DNA of 62,677 nucleotides, counting the filler, from Nemertoderma westbladi (taxonomy: Eukaryota > Animalia > Xenacoelomorpha), in assembly GCA_032718475.1 (NCBI GenBank). It is 3 parts of 3 records of this genome, joined end to end, with 100 filler letters (N's around TTAATTAATTAA, not from the genome) between each part and the next. Parts side by side here need not be neighbours in the genome. Positions count along the whole stretch, not along the records: positions 1 to 24,368 come from JAUCBJ010003368.1; 2 more parts are not named here. One strand, written 5' to 3'. Below, piece by piece: positions 1 through 13,300 of the stretch. The stretch's first letter is position 1, and each line of letters opens with the position of its first letter. The notes below the pieces were generated by a model. That model did no database searches. It was not told where the DNA came from and saw only the letters and a list, made by a program, of their open reading frames with translations. A program made the position numbers and the translations under genes.

Positions 1-213
1 ACTGGACGCAAATCTCATCTTGGCGAATTAATATCCCGCCTCAATGTTAAATTCTCAATTTAGGGAAAGGAGCAGGTTACAGTGGCACATTATTTTAACC
101 AAAACAATAAACTAAGCACAATAGATTAGGTTACATTTTTATTTTTGAGAGAAATCATCTGTTATTTGCGTCGAATTTCCCCTGGAGAGGAATGAATTTT
201 TATTGCGTCCAGT
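1..213. mobile_element. ~210-bp MITE-like element (ACTGGACGCA termini)
   Basis: Starts actggacgca and ends tgcgtccagt, followed by poly-C. Inverted related copies lie at ~32324-32537 and ~32625-32830 in contig 2. Confidence 0.7.
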
Positions 214-377
214 TCCCCCCCCCCCCCCCCCCCCCCCCCACCCACCCCGGGGCAATACATTGTAAAATAGACAACAATTAACATTTACGATAAAACAAAT
301 TACAATTAAAACAACAATGTTGGGACGTCACGGGGAGTTTTCAGTTACATTGATCATTCAGTTTCAGCCGCATCGAA

Positions 378-829
378 ATCACTGAATCCGGAGTCCGTTC
401 CGCCAAGGATCTGTCGATATCACTGAATCCGGAGTCCGTTCCACCAAGGATCCGTCGATATCACTGAATCCGGAGTCCGTTCCGCCAAGGATCCGTCGAT
501 ATCACTGAATCCGGAGTCCGTTCCGCCAAGGATCCGTCGATATCACTGAATCCGGAGTCCGTTCCGTCAAGGATCCGTCGATATCACTGAATCCGGAGTC
601 CGTTCCGTCAAGGATCCGTCGATATCACTGAATCCGGAGGTCCGTTCCGCCAAGGATCCGTCGATATCACTGAATCCGGAGTCCGTTCCGCCAAGGATCC
701 GTCGATATCACTGAATCCGGAGTCCGTTCCGCCAAGGATCCATCGATATCACTGAATCCGGAGTCCGTTCCACCAAGGATCCGTCGATATCACTGAATCC
801 GGAGTCCGTTCCACCAAGGATATCCGTCG
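378..829. repeat. 41-bp minisatellite, ~11 copies
   Basis: Unit atcactgaatccggagtccgttccgccaaggatccgtcgat; copies start at 378, 419 and onward. Confidence 0.95.
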
Positions 830-994
830 CTAGCAAAGTGGAATAACTTTCCCGTATCTTGGATCTGGAAAATTAATTTATTTATGTGTTAAAAAAATAT
901 AAGGCTCGGACTACGATTATATTAGACTAAGACTTCATCATCTACAATAAATTATCTACTAGATGTAAACCTAAATAAAAATAAAGGGGGAATT

Positions 995-3900
995 GTTGAG
1001 TGGCTGTCGCTGTGACATAGCGTTGGGTGGCCAGCGTTGGGTGACTGTGACACAGCGTTGGGTGGCCAGCGATGGGTGGCCAGCGTTGGGTGACTGTGAC
1101 ATAGCGTTGGGTGGCTGTGGCATAGCATTGAGTGGCTGTGGCATAGCGTTGATTAGCTGTGACATAGCGTTGGGTGGCTAGCGTTGATTGGCTGTGACAT
1201 AGCGTTGAGTGGCTGTGACATAGCGTTGAGTAACTGTGACGTAGCGTTGAGTGGCTGTGACATAGCTTTGAGTGGCTGTGACAAAGCATTGAGCGGCTGT
1301 GACGCATTGAGCGGCTGTGACATAGCATTGAGCGGCTGTGACATAGCGTTGGGTGGCTGTGGCATAGCATTGAGTGGCTGTGACATAGCGTTGATTGGCT
1401 GTGACATAGCGTTGAGTGGCTGTGACATAGCTTTGAGTGGCTGTGACATAGCTTTGAGTGGCTGTGACAAAGCATTGAGCGGCTGTGACATATCATTGAG
1501 TGGCTGTGACATAGCGTTGATTGGCTGTGACATAGCGTTGGGTGGCTAGCGTTGATTGGCTGTGACATAGCATTGAGCGGCTGTGACATAGCAATGAGCG
1601 GCTGTGACATAGCGTTGGGTGGCTGTGGCATAGCATTGAATGGCTGTGACATAGCGTTGATTGGCTGTGACATAGCGTTGAGTGGCTTGGCTGTGACATA
1701 GCTTTGAGTGGCTGTGACAAAGCATTGAGCGGCTGTGACATATCATTGAGTGGCTGTGACATAGCGTTGATTGGCTGTGACATAGCGTTGAGTGGCTGTG
1801 ACATAGCGTTGAGTAACTGTGACATAGCGTTGAGTGGCTGTGACATAGCTTTAAGTGGCTGTGACAAAGCATTGAGCGGCTGTGACATAGCATTGAGCGG
1901 CTGTGACATAGCGTTGGGTGGCTGTGGCATAGCATTGAGTGGCTGTGACATAGCGTTGATTGGCTGTGACATAGCGTTGAGTGGCTGTGACATAGCTTTG
2001 AGTGGCTGTGACAAAGCATTGAGCGGCTGTGACATATCATTGAGTGGCTGTGGCATAGCGTTGATTGGATGTGACATAGCGTTGGGTGGCTAGCGTTGAT
2101 TGGCTGTGACATAGCGTTGAGTGGCTGTGACATAGCATTGAGCGGCTGTGACATAGCGTCGGGTGGATGTGGCATAGCATTGAGTGGCTGTGACATAGCG
2201 TTGATTGGCTGTGACATAGCGTTGAGTGGCTGTGACATAGCTTTGAGTGGCTGTGACATAGCGTTGGGTGGCTAGCGTTGATTGGCTGTGACATAGCGTT
2301 GGGTGACTGTGACATAGCGTTGGGTGGCTGTGGCATAGCATTGAGTGGCTGTGACATAGCGTTGATTGGCTGTGACATAGCGTTGGGTGGCTAGCGTTGA
2401 TTGGCCGTTGGGTGGCTAGCGTTGATTGGCTGTGACATAGCGTTGAGTGGCTGTGACATAGCGTTGAGTAACTGTGACATAGCGTTGATTGGCTGTGACA
2501 TAGCGTTGGGTGGCTAGCGTTGATTGGCTGTGACATAGCGTTGAGTGGCTGTGACATAGCGTTGAGTAACTGTGACATTGCGTTGAGTGGCTGTGACATA
2601 GCTTTGAGTGGCTGTGACAAAGCATTGAGCGGCTGTGACATAGCATTGAGCGGCTGTGACAGCATTGAGCGGCTGTGACATAGCATTGAGCGGCTGTGAC
2701 ATAGCGTTGGGTGGTTGTGATGTGACATAGCGTTGGGTGGCTGTGGCATAGCGTTGAGCGGCTGTGACATAGCATTGGGCGGCTGTGACATAGCGTTGGG
2801 TGGCTGTGGCATAGCATTGAGTGGCTGTGACATAGCGTTGATTGGCTGTGACATAGCGTTGAGTGGCTGTGACATAGCTTTGAGTGGCTGTGACATAGCG
2901 TTGGGTGGCTAGCGTTGATTGGCTGTGACATAGCGTTGGGTGACTGTGACATAGCGTTGGGTGGCTGTGGCATAGCATTGAGTGGCTGTGACATAGCGTT
3001 GATTGGCTGTGACATAGCGTTGGGTGGCTAGCGTTGATTGGCCGTTGGGTGGCTAGCGTTGATTGGCTGTGACATAGCGTTGAGTGGCTGTGACATAGCG
3101 TTGAGTAACTGTGACATAGCGTTGATTGGCTGTGACATAGCGTTGGGTGGCTAGCGTTGATTGGCTGTGACATAGCGTTGAGTGGCTGTGACATAGCGTT
3201 GAGTAACTGTGACATTGCGTTGAGTGGCTGTGACATAGCTTTGAGTGGCTGTGACAAAGCATTGAGCGGCTGTGACATAGCATTGAGCGGCTGTGACAGC
3301 ATTGAGCGGCTGTGACATAGCATTGAGCGGCTGTGACATAGCGTTGGGTGGTTGTGATGTGACATAGCGTTGGGTGGCTGTGGCATAGCGTTGAGCGGCT
3401 GTGACATAGCATTGGGCGGCTGTGACATAGCGTTGGGTGGCTGTGGCATAGCATTGAGTGGCTGTGACATAGCGTTGATTGGCTGTGACATAGCGTTGGG
3501 TGGCTAGCGTTGATTGGCTGTGACATAGCGTTGAGTGGCTGTGACATAGCGTTGAGTAACTGTGACATAGCGTTGAGTAACTGTGACATAGCGTTGAGTG
3601 GCTGTGACATAGCTTTGAGTGGCTGTGACAAAGCATTGAGCGGATGTAACATAGCATTGAGCGGCTGTGACATAGCGTTGGGTGGCTGTGACAATACGTT
3701 GAGTGGCTGTGACATAGCGTTGAGTGTCTGTGACATAGCTTTGAGTGGCTGTGACATAGCGTTGAGTGGCTGTGACATAGCGTTGGGTGGCTGTGGCATA
3801 GCATTGCGTGGTTGTGACATAGCGTTGAGTGGCTGTGACATGGCATTGAGCGCCTGTGAGATAGCGTTGAGTGGCTGTGGCTGTGACATAGCGTTGGGTG

Positions 3901-4265
3901 GCTGTGGCATAGCGTTGAGTGGGTATGACATAGCATTGAGCAGCTGTGACATAGCATTGAGCGGCTGTGACATAGCATTGAGTGGTTGTGACATTGCATT
4001 GAGTGGCTGTGACATGGCATTGAGCGCCTGTGAGATAGTGTTGAGTGGCTGTGACATAGCGTTGAGTGTCTGTGACATAGCTTTGAGTGGCTGTGACATA
4101 GCATTGAGCGGCTGTGACATAGCATTGAGCGGCTGTGACATAGCATTGAGTGGTTGTGACATTGCATTGAGTGGCTGTGACATGGCATTGAGCGCCTGTG
4201 AGATAGCGTTGAGTGGCTGTGACATAGCATTGAGTGGTTGTAACATAGCTTTGAGTGGCTGTGAC
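995..4265. repeat. 21-bp minisatellite (~150 copies) with a 637-bp higher-order duplication
   Basis: Unit gctgtgacatagcgttgagtg with variants. Identical blocks are offset by 637 bp (ORF ends 2416/3053 and 2514/3151). Confidence 0.95.
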
Positions 4266-6910
4266 TTCTGTCTCGCCCAACTTCTGTCTCTGCTTCCAAA
4301 AGTATAAAAAAGCGTCTCGATATATAAAACATCGAGACTGGAAAATATTTCGAGAAAATATCGCCATGGGATATATAGTGGTAGCTTGGTGAAAGGGTTT
4401 GGTTAGGTAAGTCTAGAGTTTAGTGTTGTCTTAGAATAGGGTTAGGTTGTAGATAGAGGGAGAGGCGGTATCACAACTCACCTCTGAGTATCAATGATCA
4501 ACGTATTGTTAGTTGTCTGGGTAATCAGTGTGAGTATCGTATTGGAAACATGATTGGATTCATTGTCGCTCATATATTCCACCTAAAATGATAATAATAT
4601 ATATACATATAGCATTGGAGCAATTAGATCAACGTGCACAAGTCACCACAACCCATCACAGACTGTTTCACATTACCACTGCACTGGGGACTGGTTTATA
4701 AAGAGGAAATGAGTAAAAAATAAAGCAAACATTTACTTACCTACCATAGATAGCCAGAGTAAGGCATGTTTTATTTTAAATTACAGTTTAAGCATATGCA
4801 CGATCTGACGATTTATAAACGGCCCAAAGTACCAAGTGGGCCTAACCTAACAGCAAGGCCTAGTACAGTAGTAGTAAGTAAAATAATAACCTCATCGCCA
4901 GAATCTGATGCGTATCTTTAGCTGGCTGCCTGGGACCGCATGCTGGCATGTGTAATTTACTTCCGACCGCCGGCGCTTTTTCCCTCTATTTGATCCAAAT
5001 AGATTACAGGATTAGGATTTTAATCACTTGAATCACTGAAATAACGATGTGTAAGAAGCCTATTCAAGTTCAATACAAACCTGTTAAGTGAAGAACCTTC
5101 GCATTAAATGTGGGCCAACTTGACAGTTGACAGAAGATCTGGATTCGAAAATTCTTTCCAACGTACCGCTGTACCGGTAGTAGGCCGGCATTTCGAGGAG
5201 GCCATAATATTTTTCCAGTCAGCCAGTCTGCCAGTGCAGCCCTTGCCGCTTGCCTGTTGTTTCGACCAACCAGCGCCAGGAAGACAGAGCCCAATCTAAA
5301 CTGTCGTCGTCATCGAATTACTGGCACTGCACTGCCTGACTGCATTACATACAGACATATTACTGTATTCTGGTATTACAATACAATTAGGCTAGGCTGC
5401 TAGGCCTATATAATGTACATAAATAATATATAATGTATATGACATATATTACAGTATTATGTATTATATATGTTATGTAGGCCTATATAACATATAATGT
5501 ATAATATAAAAAGATTTATCAGTTTATATGACAGTCAGGCAGTATGAAGCTTTATTAAAAATAACTTAAACAGTTAATATAGGCATACGGCACGGCAGTA
5601 AACAAACATATGGCAGTATCAGAGTATGGTCAACCCTATTGCAGCACTTAAACCAGTCAGCCAGTAAACAGCTGGCCTACACACTGCCTACCTGCAGCAC
5701 TACTGTCAAGCTCTCAGAATGTGGCTGAGTGGGTGCTGGTAGGCTGGGGCAGGCAGTGGAGTGTCTACTGACTGACTGATGTACTGCAGTACTGCATGCA
5801 CTGCTGCATGATTTATAGGCCTATAAACGAATTTGGCGGTAAATTTTAGGCGGTTTATTCAAACAGCCTTAAGACATATTGGCAATGATGTGCAGGACGT
5901 TTGTTCAACACGACAAAGTAGCATTTAACAAACAGCTGGAATAAACATGTATGATTTATGTTACACAATAACGTGTAAAACAAATGTTAAATAATTACAT
6001 GATAAAACATGTTACATTTAGGTATCATAAAAACGTGATCAACAAATGTTTGATTATAACATGATTGGATATTATGTTATTTAGATGTTAAAATAACATG
6101 TTGATTAAAACAAGTTTAGAAAAAAAACATGTCAACATGATTCAAGCATATAAACAAACGTTTGGTATAATAGCGTGTAGCGTGTCTGGTTAGCAGGGGA
6201 ATAGTTAGTACACAACACTCGTCGTCCCCTTTGTTACAAGCCTCGCTGCGCTCGTCCTTTATTTCTTGACACCAAAATTTATTATGTTACTAATAATTTC
6301 GATTTTGTACTAAATTTCATACAAATCCTTTGATAACAATGTCTATAACAGTATAAAGCAATACCAAACCAATGGACTTCGCTAGCGAAGTCGGATGAAG
6401 GGGTGTGCCAGTCCTGTAGTATAGTAGTCCTTGGCGTAGGCCTATATCTGCTGATCTGTATATCAATAATCAGTATACTATACAAGCAGACAGGTATATC
6501 AGTAGCCTATATCAGTACGCAGTACAGCAGTATACTGGTATCAGGGTATATCAGTAGGCCTATACAGCAGTATAGCGACTGACTGGCTGGTGTCGTTCAG
6601 TCGTTTGTCGCACTGTCTGACTGTTGTTCGTACCCGTAAGCCTACCGACCGGTAGTATTAACGCTGTAACTCAGTAACTGTTAAAAGTCTAGCCGATATT
6701 ACTGTATTACCGGTACTGAAACTGAGTTAGGCTAGGCCTAACACTCGCCTCTCTGCCTCTTGACGCTATATTCAATAGTCCTGTAGGCCTAGTCTATTAT
6801 TATCTCCTCTCATCATATCACCAATTGGGCCGTGGGCGCAGTCGGCACGGCAGCTGTGCGTAGAGAGGAGAGCGCGTTCAAACAAGAACGGAACTGAAGA
6901 TTGGTAGACG

Positions 6911-6955
6911 ATGTTGCGCGGATGTCTAATTAGTTCAGTGCGCCGAAACGCAAAG
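6911..6955 (+). CDS. SUCLA2: Succinyl-CoA ligase [ADP-forming] beta subunit, exon 1 (mitochondrial presequence)
   Basis: ATG-MLRGCLISSVRRNAK, then gttagg donor. Arg-rich and acid-free like a presequence; phase 0 joins exon 2 in frame. Confidence 0.7.
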
Positions 6956-6959
6956 GTTA

Positions 6960-8689
6960 GGGTAAACTGGGGTAATTTGGGACATGGGGGAATTTGGGAC
7001 AGGCTGGGGTAATTTGGGACAAGTCTTTTCTTAACTGTAAGTGCAGTGGGGTTTGGTTTAAAATATAGGCCTACACTTATCTTCATACTTTCTCTAGCTC
7101 TTTTAAATGCTGTAGGGCTGTCGGGTAGATTAGCCGTCACAGGTAAGTCGCAAGTGTAAGGTGTTCGCTTTCAAATATTTCGCCCTCTAGCAGCAGACTG
7201 GAGAACTGCAGCAGCAGCAGATTAATCACCTTCCTCAAAATGACACAGCATGTAGTCGTGGTCAGGTACTTATATTCCAAGACTCAGCTTAAACAGATTA
7301 AGATGAAGAAAATGTAGACATGAGTAAGCGGAAGATCACTTTCATACATTTTGCCCTCTAGGAGCAGACTGGAGAACAGAACTGCAGACCAATTACCGAC
7401 CCCACCAAGACTGCAAGACACACTACTGACGCAGGATGTATTCTAAAGAGAGCACATACTGATACATACAGACAGACAGACAACATATTTGACAAGTTTC
7501 AGCTAGGACGGATCATAAATAATGGAATGAGTCAAGGATGTCACTTTCAGACATTTTTGCCCTCTAGCGGCAGGCTGGAGAACAGATGACCGATAACCTT
7601 CTTTCCAAAGATTCAGCATGTGGTATAGCTGTATAGTAGGGCCTATCGAGTACGGTAGCATAAGGTAATCGAATTAGAATCACGGAAATAGGAGAAGGTT
7701 TTCCAGTTTTCACTTTCAGACATTTCGCCCTCTAGGAGCAGACTGGAGAACTGCAGATGAATCACCTTCCTCAAAAAGACACATCATGTAGTCGTGATCT
7801 GGTACTATACTGCTATATTCCAAGACTCAACTTAAACGGATTAAGATCAAGTAAATGGCAAAATGGGTACAGGGGAAGTGGAAGGTTATCACTTTCATAC
7901 ATTTTGCCCTCTAGTGCTCTAGTGGTAGACCGAAGAAATGCAGACCACTTACCGACCCCTCCAAGACACAGCAGCAGCAGCACATTGATGCAGGATGTAT
8001 TCTGGCTGAGCACATACTGGCATAAACAGATAAAGACAGACAGACATACAATATATTTTTGACAAGTTTCAGCTTGAACGGATCATAAATAACGGAATGA
8101 GCCAATGATTTGACTTTCAGATATTCGGCCCTCTAGCGGCAGACTAAAGAACTGCATGCAGATTAGCCCCCTTTGAATGACACATGACAGCTATGAACTA
8201 ATGATCGGTCTAATACAAGTATGACAAGTTTCAGCATTGTCTTTTGGTCGGATTAAATGCAGAGAGATGGCAGACAGGCAGATGGGAGGACATTTATTAA
8301 TGTTTGACATGTGGCCCTCTAGCGGGAGACTGTTGTACTGATGGTGTCGAATAGTCTCTAAAATCCCAACTTAAGAGTCTTATTGATGCATTGTACAATT
8401 TCTCAACAAAGTTTGTGTCAATTACAATGGGCTACTACTGTTCGATTTATGTTATGTCCCAAATTCCCCCAACTGTCCCAAATTACCCCATGCTGGGGTA
8501 ATTTGGGACATTGATGAATATTAATTAAAAAAAGGTAATTAATTATTTGAAAATAAAATTTAAGTAATTAGTTTGATAGAATGGGTACATGGTGCATACT
8601 TGATAAGGTCGGATAATCAAAAAAATGTTTTTAAGATTCTGAAAAAAGCTTTAAAGGACGATTTTGTCCCAAATTACCCCAGTTTACCC
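6960..8689. mobile_element. Non-autonomous TIR DNA transposon with TA target duplication (Tc1/mariner-pogo-like)
   Basis: 25-bp perfect TIR gggtaaactggggtaatttgggaca (6960-6984, inverse 8665-8689), TA on both flanks, subterminal ggggtaatttgggaca repeats, no transposase ORF. Confidence 0.85.
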
Positions 8690-10239
8690 TAGTCGACTGC
8701 AGGACTCATGTGTCATGACAGCATGATGCGTGTGAGGGGGTCGGCAATAAGTTCATACGTTGGTGGACACACTCAGAAACTATAGGCCTATCGCTTCATA
8801 TTTTATTATAGAATTTAGCAACAAAAAAGTACAACTTTAAGAATATTACGATTACGTTACATGTGAAAAACCGTAGAACATTTTTTTCAATATTCTCTCG
8901 AACCTTTATTAACCGCACCGGCGCTCGGTAAATACAGAAATAAAATACCTCGAGATTAGTGAAAAAAGTTTTACTTTTTTCCCATTTAATAAATAATTAT
9001 TATTACATCCCATTTTCATAATAGCTAATATTAGATAATTTGAGTGCTATGATATTATATATTAATGACTAGACATTTATTTTTTTAATTACATTTTGAA
9101 CGACATATATTATTTTTAAATAATTTTTATTGTTTTATAATTATTATGATTAGGCCTATATGCTCCGTGTGAGGGGAGCCTAAGGTTTTTTTTGTCAAAA
9201 TGTAAATTTTGGTCAATTCTTCTCTGCATGTCTGCAGCATGGAAGCGTCCTGGCCAGACAAACCGGTATCTAATAACACGCGCCACATCACACGGATTCC
9301 AACACACACTATAATCATGTACAAATCAAGATTTCTTTCATTCCCTACAATCAGACAATCCCCATTGCAGTGCAAATTCTGCAACACATCCTGCGACTAG
9401 GCCTACCGATTATACGTCCTTCTCTGCAACCACTTTTACTAGTTCTCTAGATCAATCTAATACGTAACTGTTACGTATTAGATTGATCTAATTCTAATAC
9501 GTAATAATAGTTTCATTTTTTACTGAGAAGTTGTTATCTGGTACTTATGGTATGGTACTTATAACTGATATTGGTGATTTTTGTTGAACTCATAGTCATG
9601 TGTATATCATAGTCGATAAGTCGATTTTTGTTGGATTGACGGATTTTATTTTTTTATACAATTCCACACATTAAGACATGCTCTATCAGTTGGTAAGTTG
9701 GTACACTTTAACCAATATGAAGTGATGACTATTGCGTGGTAAAGAGAAACCCTATATCCCAGCGGACAATATTTTACTGCAGAAAGACCCTATGGTAAGT
9801 TTTAAGAACCAATGGGAAGTAACGATTAGTGTATAGTAAAGTAAAATATACCTCTCTCTCTACCCCATATATCTCTCTAAATCTTATATAGCATAGGTTC
9901 TCCTGAAAAATTGTAATTTTGACTTAAGGCCTTATGACACTTAAGCTATGATATATGGTATACTGCTATATAGCCGTACATGCATACAAGTTTGTTATAT
10001 TTCTACTGGACCCTATATATTATAGACTATGGTATATTAAAGATATCATATCATATATCATCAGCTCTAGATACAATATAGTGACATTATAACCCCACAC
10101 CCCTCCCCCCACACCCAATCCCTGAAAAAATGGGCAATTTTACAATTCTTTTTTTACAAATTTAATTAGTGTAGTGATAAATAATATACCTATTTTTACT
10201 CCGAAGGGGATGTAAATACGAAATTGTTATTTATTTTAG

Positions 10240-10346
10240 GCTTTTCGGCCATTGGATAAACTGAACAAACATCAAATCCGTTGTCTGTCTCTCCACGAAT
10301 ATATTGGGATTGATTTGCTGAAGAAGGAGGGCGTCCCTGTACCGAG
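10240..10346 (+). CDS. SUCLA2: SUCLA2 exon 2
   Basis: ttttag|AFRPLDKLNKHQIRCLSLHEYIGIDLLKKEGVPVP(R)|gtaggt. LSLHEY is the mature N-terminal motif of SCS-beta. Confidence 0.92.
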
Positions 10347-13300
10347 GTAGGTTGGAGGTTGAATGCAACCCATCCGCTATCCGGCGTCCCTGTATGTACC
10401 GAGGTAGGTTGGAGGTTGAATGCAACCCATCCGCTATCCGGTGTCCCTGTATGTACCGAGGTAGGTTGGAGGTTGAATGCAACCCATCCGGTGTCCCTGT
10501 ACCGCGGTAGGTTGGAGGTTGAATGCAACCCATCCGCTATCCGGTGTCCCTGTACCGAGGTAGGTTGGAGGTTGAATGCAACCCATCCGCTATCCGGTGT
10601 CCCTGTATGTACCGAGGTAGGTTGGAGGTTGAATGCAACCCATCCGCTATCTGGCGTCTCTGTATGTACCGAGGTAGGTTGGAGGTTGAATGCAACCCAT
10701 CCGGCGTCCCTGTACCGAGGTAGGTTGGAGGTTGAATACAACCCATTCGCTGTCCGGCGTCCCTGTATGTACCGAGGTAGGTTGGAGGTTGAATGCAACC
10801 CATCCGCTATCCGGCGTCCCTGTATGTACCGAGGTAGGTTGGAGGTTGAATGCAACCCATCCGCTATCCGGCGTCCCTGTATGTACCGAGGTAGGTTGGA
10901 GGTTGAATGTAACCCATCCGGCGTCCCTGTACCGAGGTAGGTTGGAGGTTGAATACAACCCATTCGCTGTCCGGCGTCCCTGTATGTACCGAGGTAGGTT
11001 GGAGGTTGAATACAACCCATTCGCTATCCGGCGTCCCTGTATGTACCGAGGTAGGTTGGAGGTTGAATACAACCCATTCGCTGTCCGGCGTCCCTGTACC
11101 GAGGTAGGTTGGAGGTTGAATGCAACCCATCCGCTATCCGGCGTCCCTGTATGTACCGAGGTAGGTTGGAGGTTGAATGCAACCCATCCGGTGTCCGGCG
11201 TCCCTGTATGTACCGAGGTAGGTTGGAGGTTGAATGCAACCCATCCGCTATCCGGCGTCCCTGTATGTACCGAGGTAGGTTGGAGGTTGAATGTAACCCA
11301 TCCGGCGTCCCTGTACCGAGGTAGGTTGGAGGTTGAATACAACCCATTCGCTGTCCGGCGTCCCTGTATGTACCGAGGTAGGTTGGAGGTTGAATACAAC
11401 CCATTCGCTATCCGGCGTCCCTGTATGTACCGAGGTAGGTTGGAGGTTGAATACAACCCATTCGCTGTCCGGCGTCCCTGTACCGAGGTAGGTTGGAGGT
11501 TGAATGCAACCCATCCGCTATCCGGCGTCCCTGTATGTACCGAGGTAGGTTGGAGGTTGAATGCAACCCATCCGGTGTCCGGCGTCCCTGTATGTACCGA
11601 GGTAGGTTGGAGGTTGAATGCAACCCATCCGCTATCTGGCGTCCCTGTATGTACCGAGGTAGGTTGGAGGTTGAATGCAACCCATCCGCTATCCGGCGTC
11701 CCTGTATGTACCGAGGTAGGTTGGAGGTTGAATGCAACCCATCCGCTATCCGGCGTCCCTGTATGTACCGAGGTAGGTTGGAGGTTGAATGCAACCCATT
11801 CGCCATCCGGCGTCTCTGTATGTACCGAGGTAGGTTGGAGGTTGAATGCAACCCATCCGCTATCCGGCGTCCCTGTATGTACCGAGGTAGGTTGGAGGTT
11901 GAATGCAACCCATCCGGTGTCCCTGTACCGCGGTAGGTTGGAGGTTGAATGCAACCCATCCGCTATCCGGCGTCCCTGTACCGAGGTAGGTTGGAGGTTG
12001 AATGCAACCCATCCGCTATCTGGCGTCTCTGTATGTACCGAGGTAGGTTGGAGGTTGAATGCAACCCATCCGCTATCCGGCGTCCCTGTATGTACCGAGG
12101 TAGGTTGGAGGTTGAATGCAACCCATCCGCTATCCGGCGTCCCTGTATGTACCGAGGTAGGTTGGAGGTTGAATGCAACCCATTCGCCATCCGGCGTCTC
12201 TGTATGTACCGAGGTAGGTTGGAGGTTGAATGCAACCCATCCGCTATCCGGCGTCCCTGTATGTACCGAGGTAGGTTGGAGGTTGAATGCAACCCATCCG
12301 CTATCCGGCGTCCCTGTACCGAGGTAGGTTGGAGGTTGAATGCAACCCATCCGCTATCCGGTGTCCCTGTATGTACCGAGGTAGGTTGGAGGTTGAATGC
12401 AACCCATCCGCTATCCGGCGTCCCTGTATGTACCGAGGTAGGTTGGAGGTTGAATGCAACCCATCCGCTATCCGGCGTCCCTGTATGTACCGAGGTAGGT
12501 TGGAGGTTGAATGCAACCCATCCGCTATCCGGCGTCCCTGTATGTACCGAGGTAGGTTGGAGGTTGAATGCAACCCATCCGCTATCCGGCGTCCCTGTAT
12601 GTACCGAGGTAGGTTGGAGGTTGAATGCAACCCATCCGCTATCCGGCGTCCCTGTATGTACCGAGGTAGGTTGGAGGTTGAATGCAACCCATCCGCTATC
12701 CGGCGTCCCTGTACCGAGGTAGGTTGGAGGTTGAATGCAACCCATCAGCTATCCGGCGTCCCTGTATGTACCGAGGTAGGTTGGAGGTTGAATGCAACCC
12801 ATCCGCTATCCGGTGTCCCTGTACCGAGGTAGGTTGGAGGTTGAATGCAACCCATCCGCTATCCGGCGTCCCTGTATGTACCGAGGTAGGTTGGAGGTTG
12901 AATGCAACCCATTCGCCATCCGGCGTCTCTGTATGTACCGAGGTAGGTTGGAGGTTGAATGCAACCCATCCGCTATCCGGCGTCCCTGTATGTACCGAGG
13001 TAGGTTGGAGGTTGAATGCAACCCATCCGCTATCCGGCGTCCCTGTACCGAGGTAGGTTGGAGGTTGAATGCAACCCATCCGCTATCCGGCGTCCCTGTA
13101 TGTACCGAGGTAGGTTGGAGGTTGAATGCAACCCATCCGCTATCCGGTGTCCCTGTATGTACCGAGGTAGGTTGGAGGTTGAATGCAACCCATCCGCTAT
13201 CCGACGTCCCTGTATGTACCGAGGTAGGTTGGAGGTTGAATGCAACCCATCCGCTATCCGGCGTCCCTGTATGTACCGAGGTAGGTTGGAGGTTGAATGC

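Noticed and set aside
9300-9400. DCLIVG..NLDL resembling a LINE endonuclease fragment
   Set aside because: Too short and degenerate to support a call.
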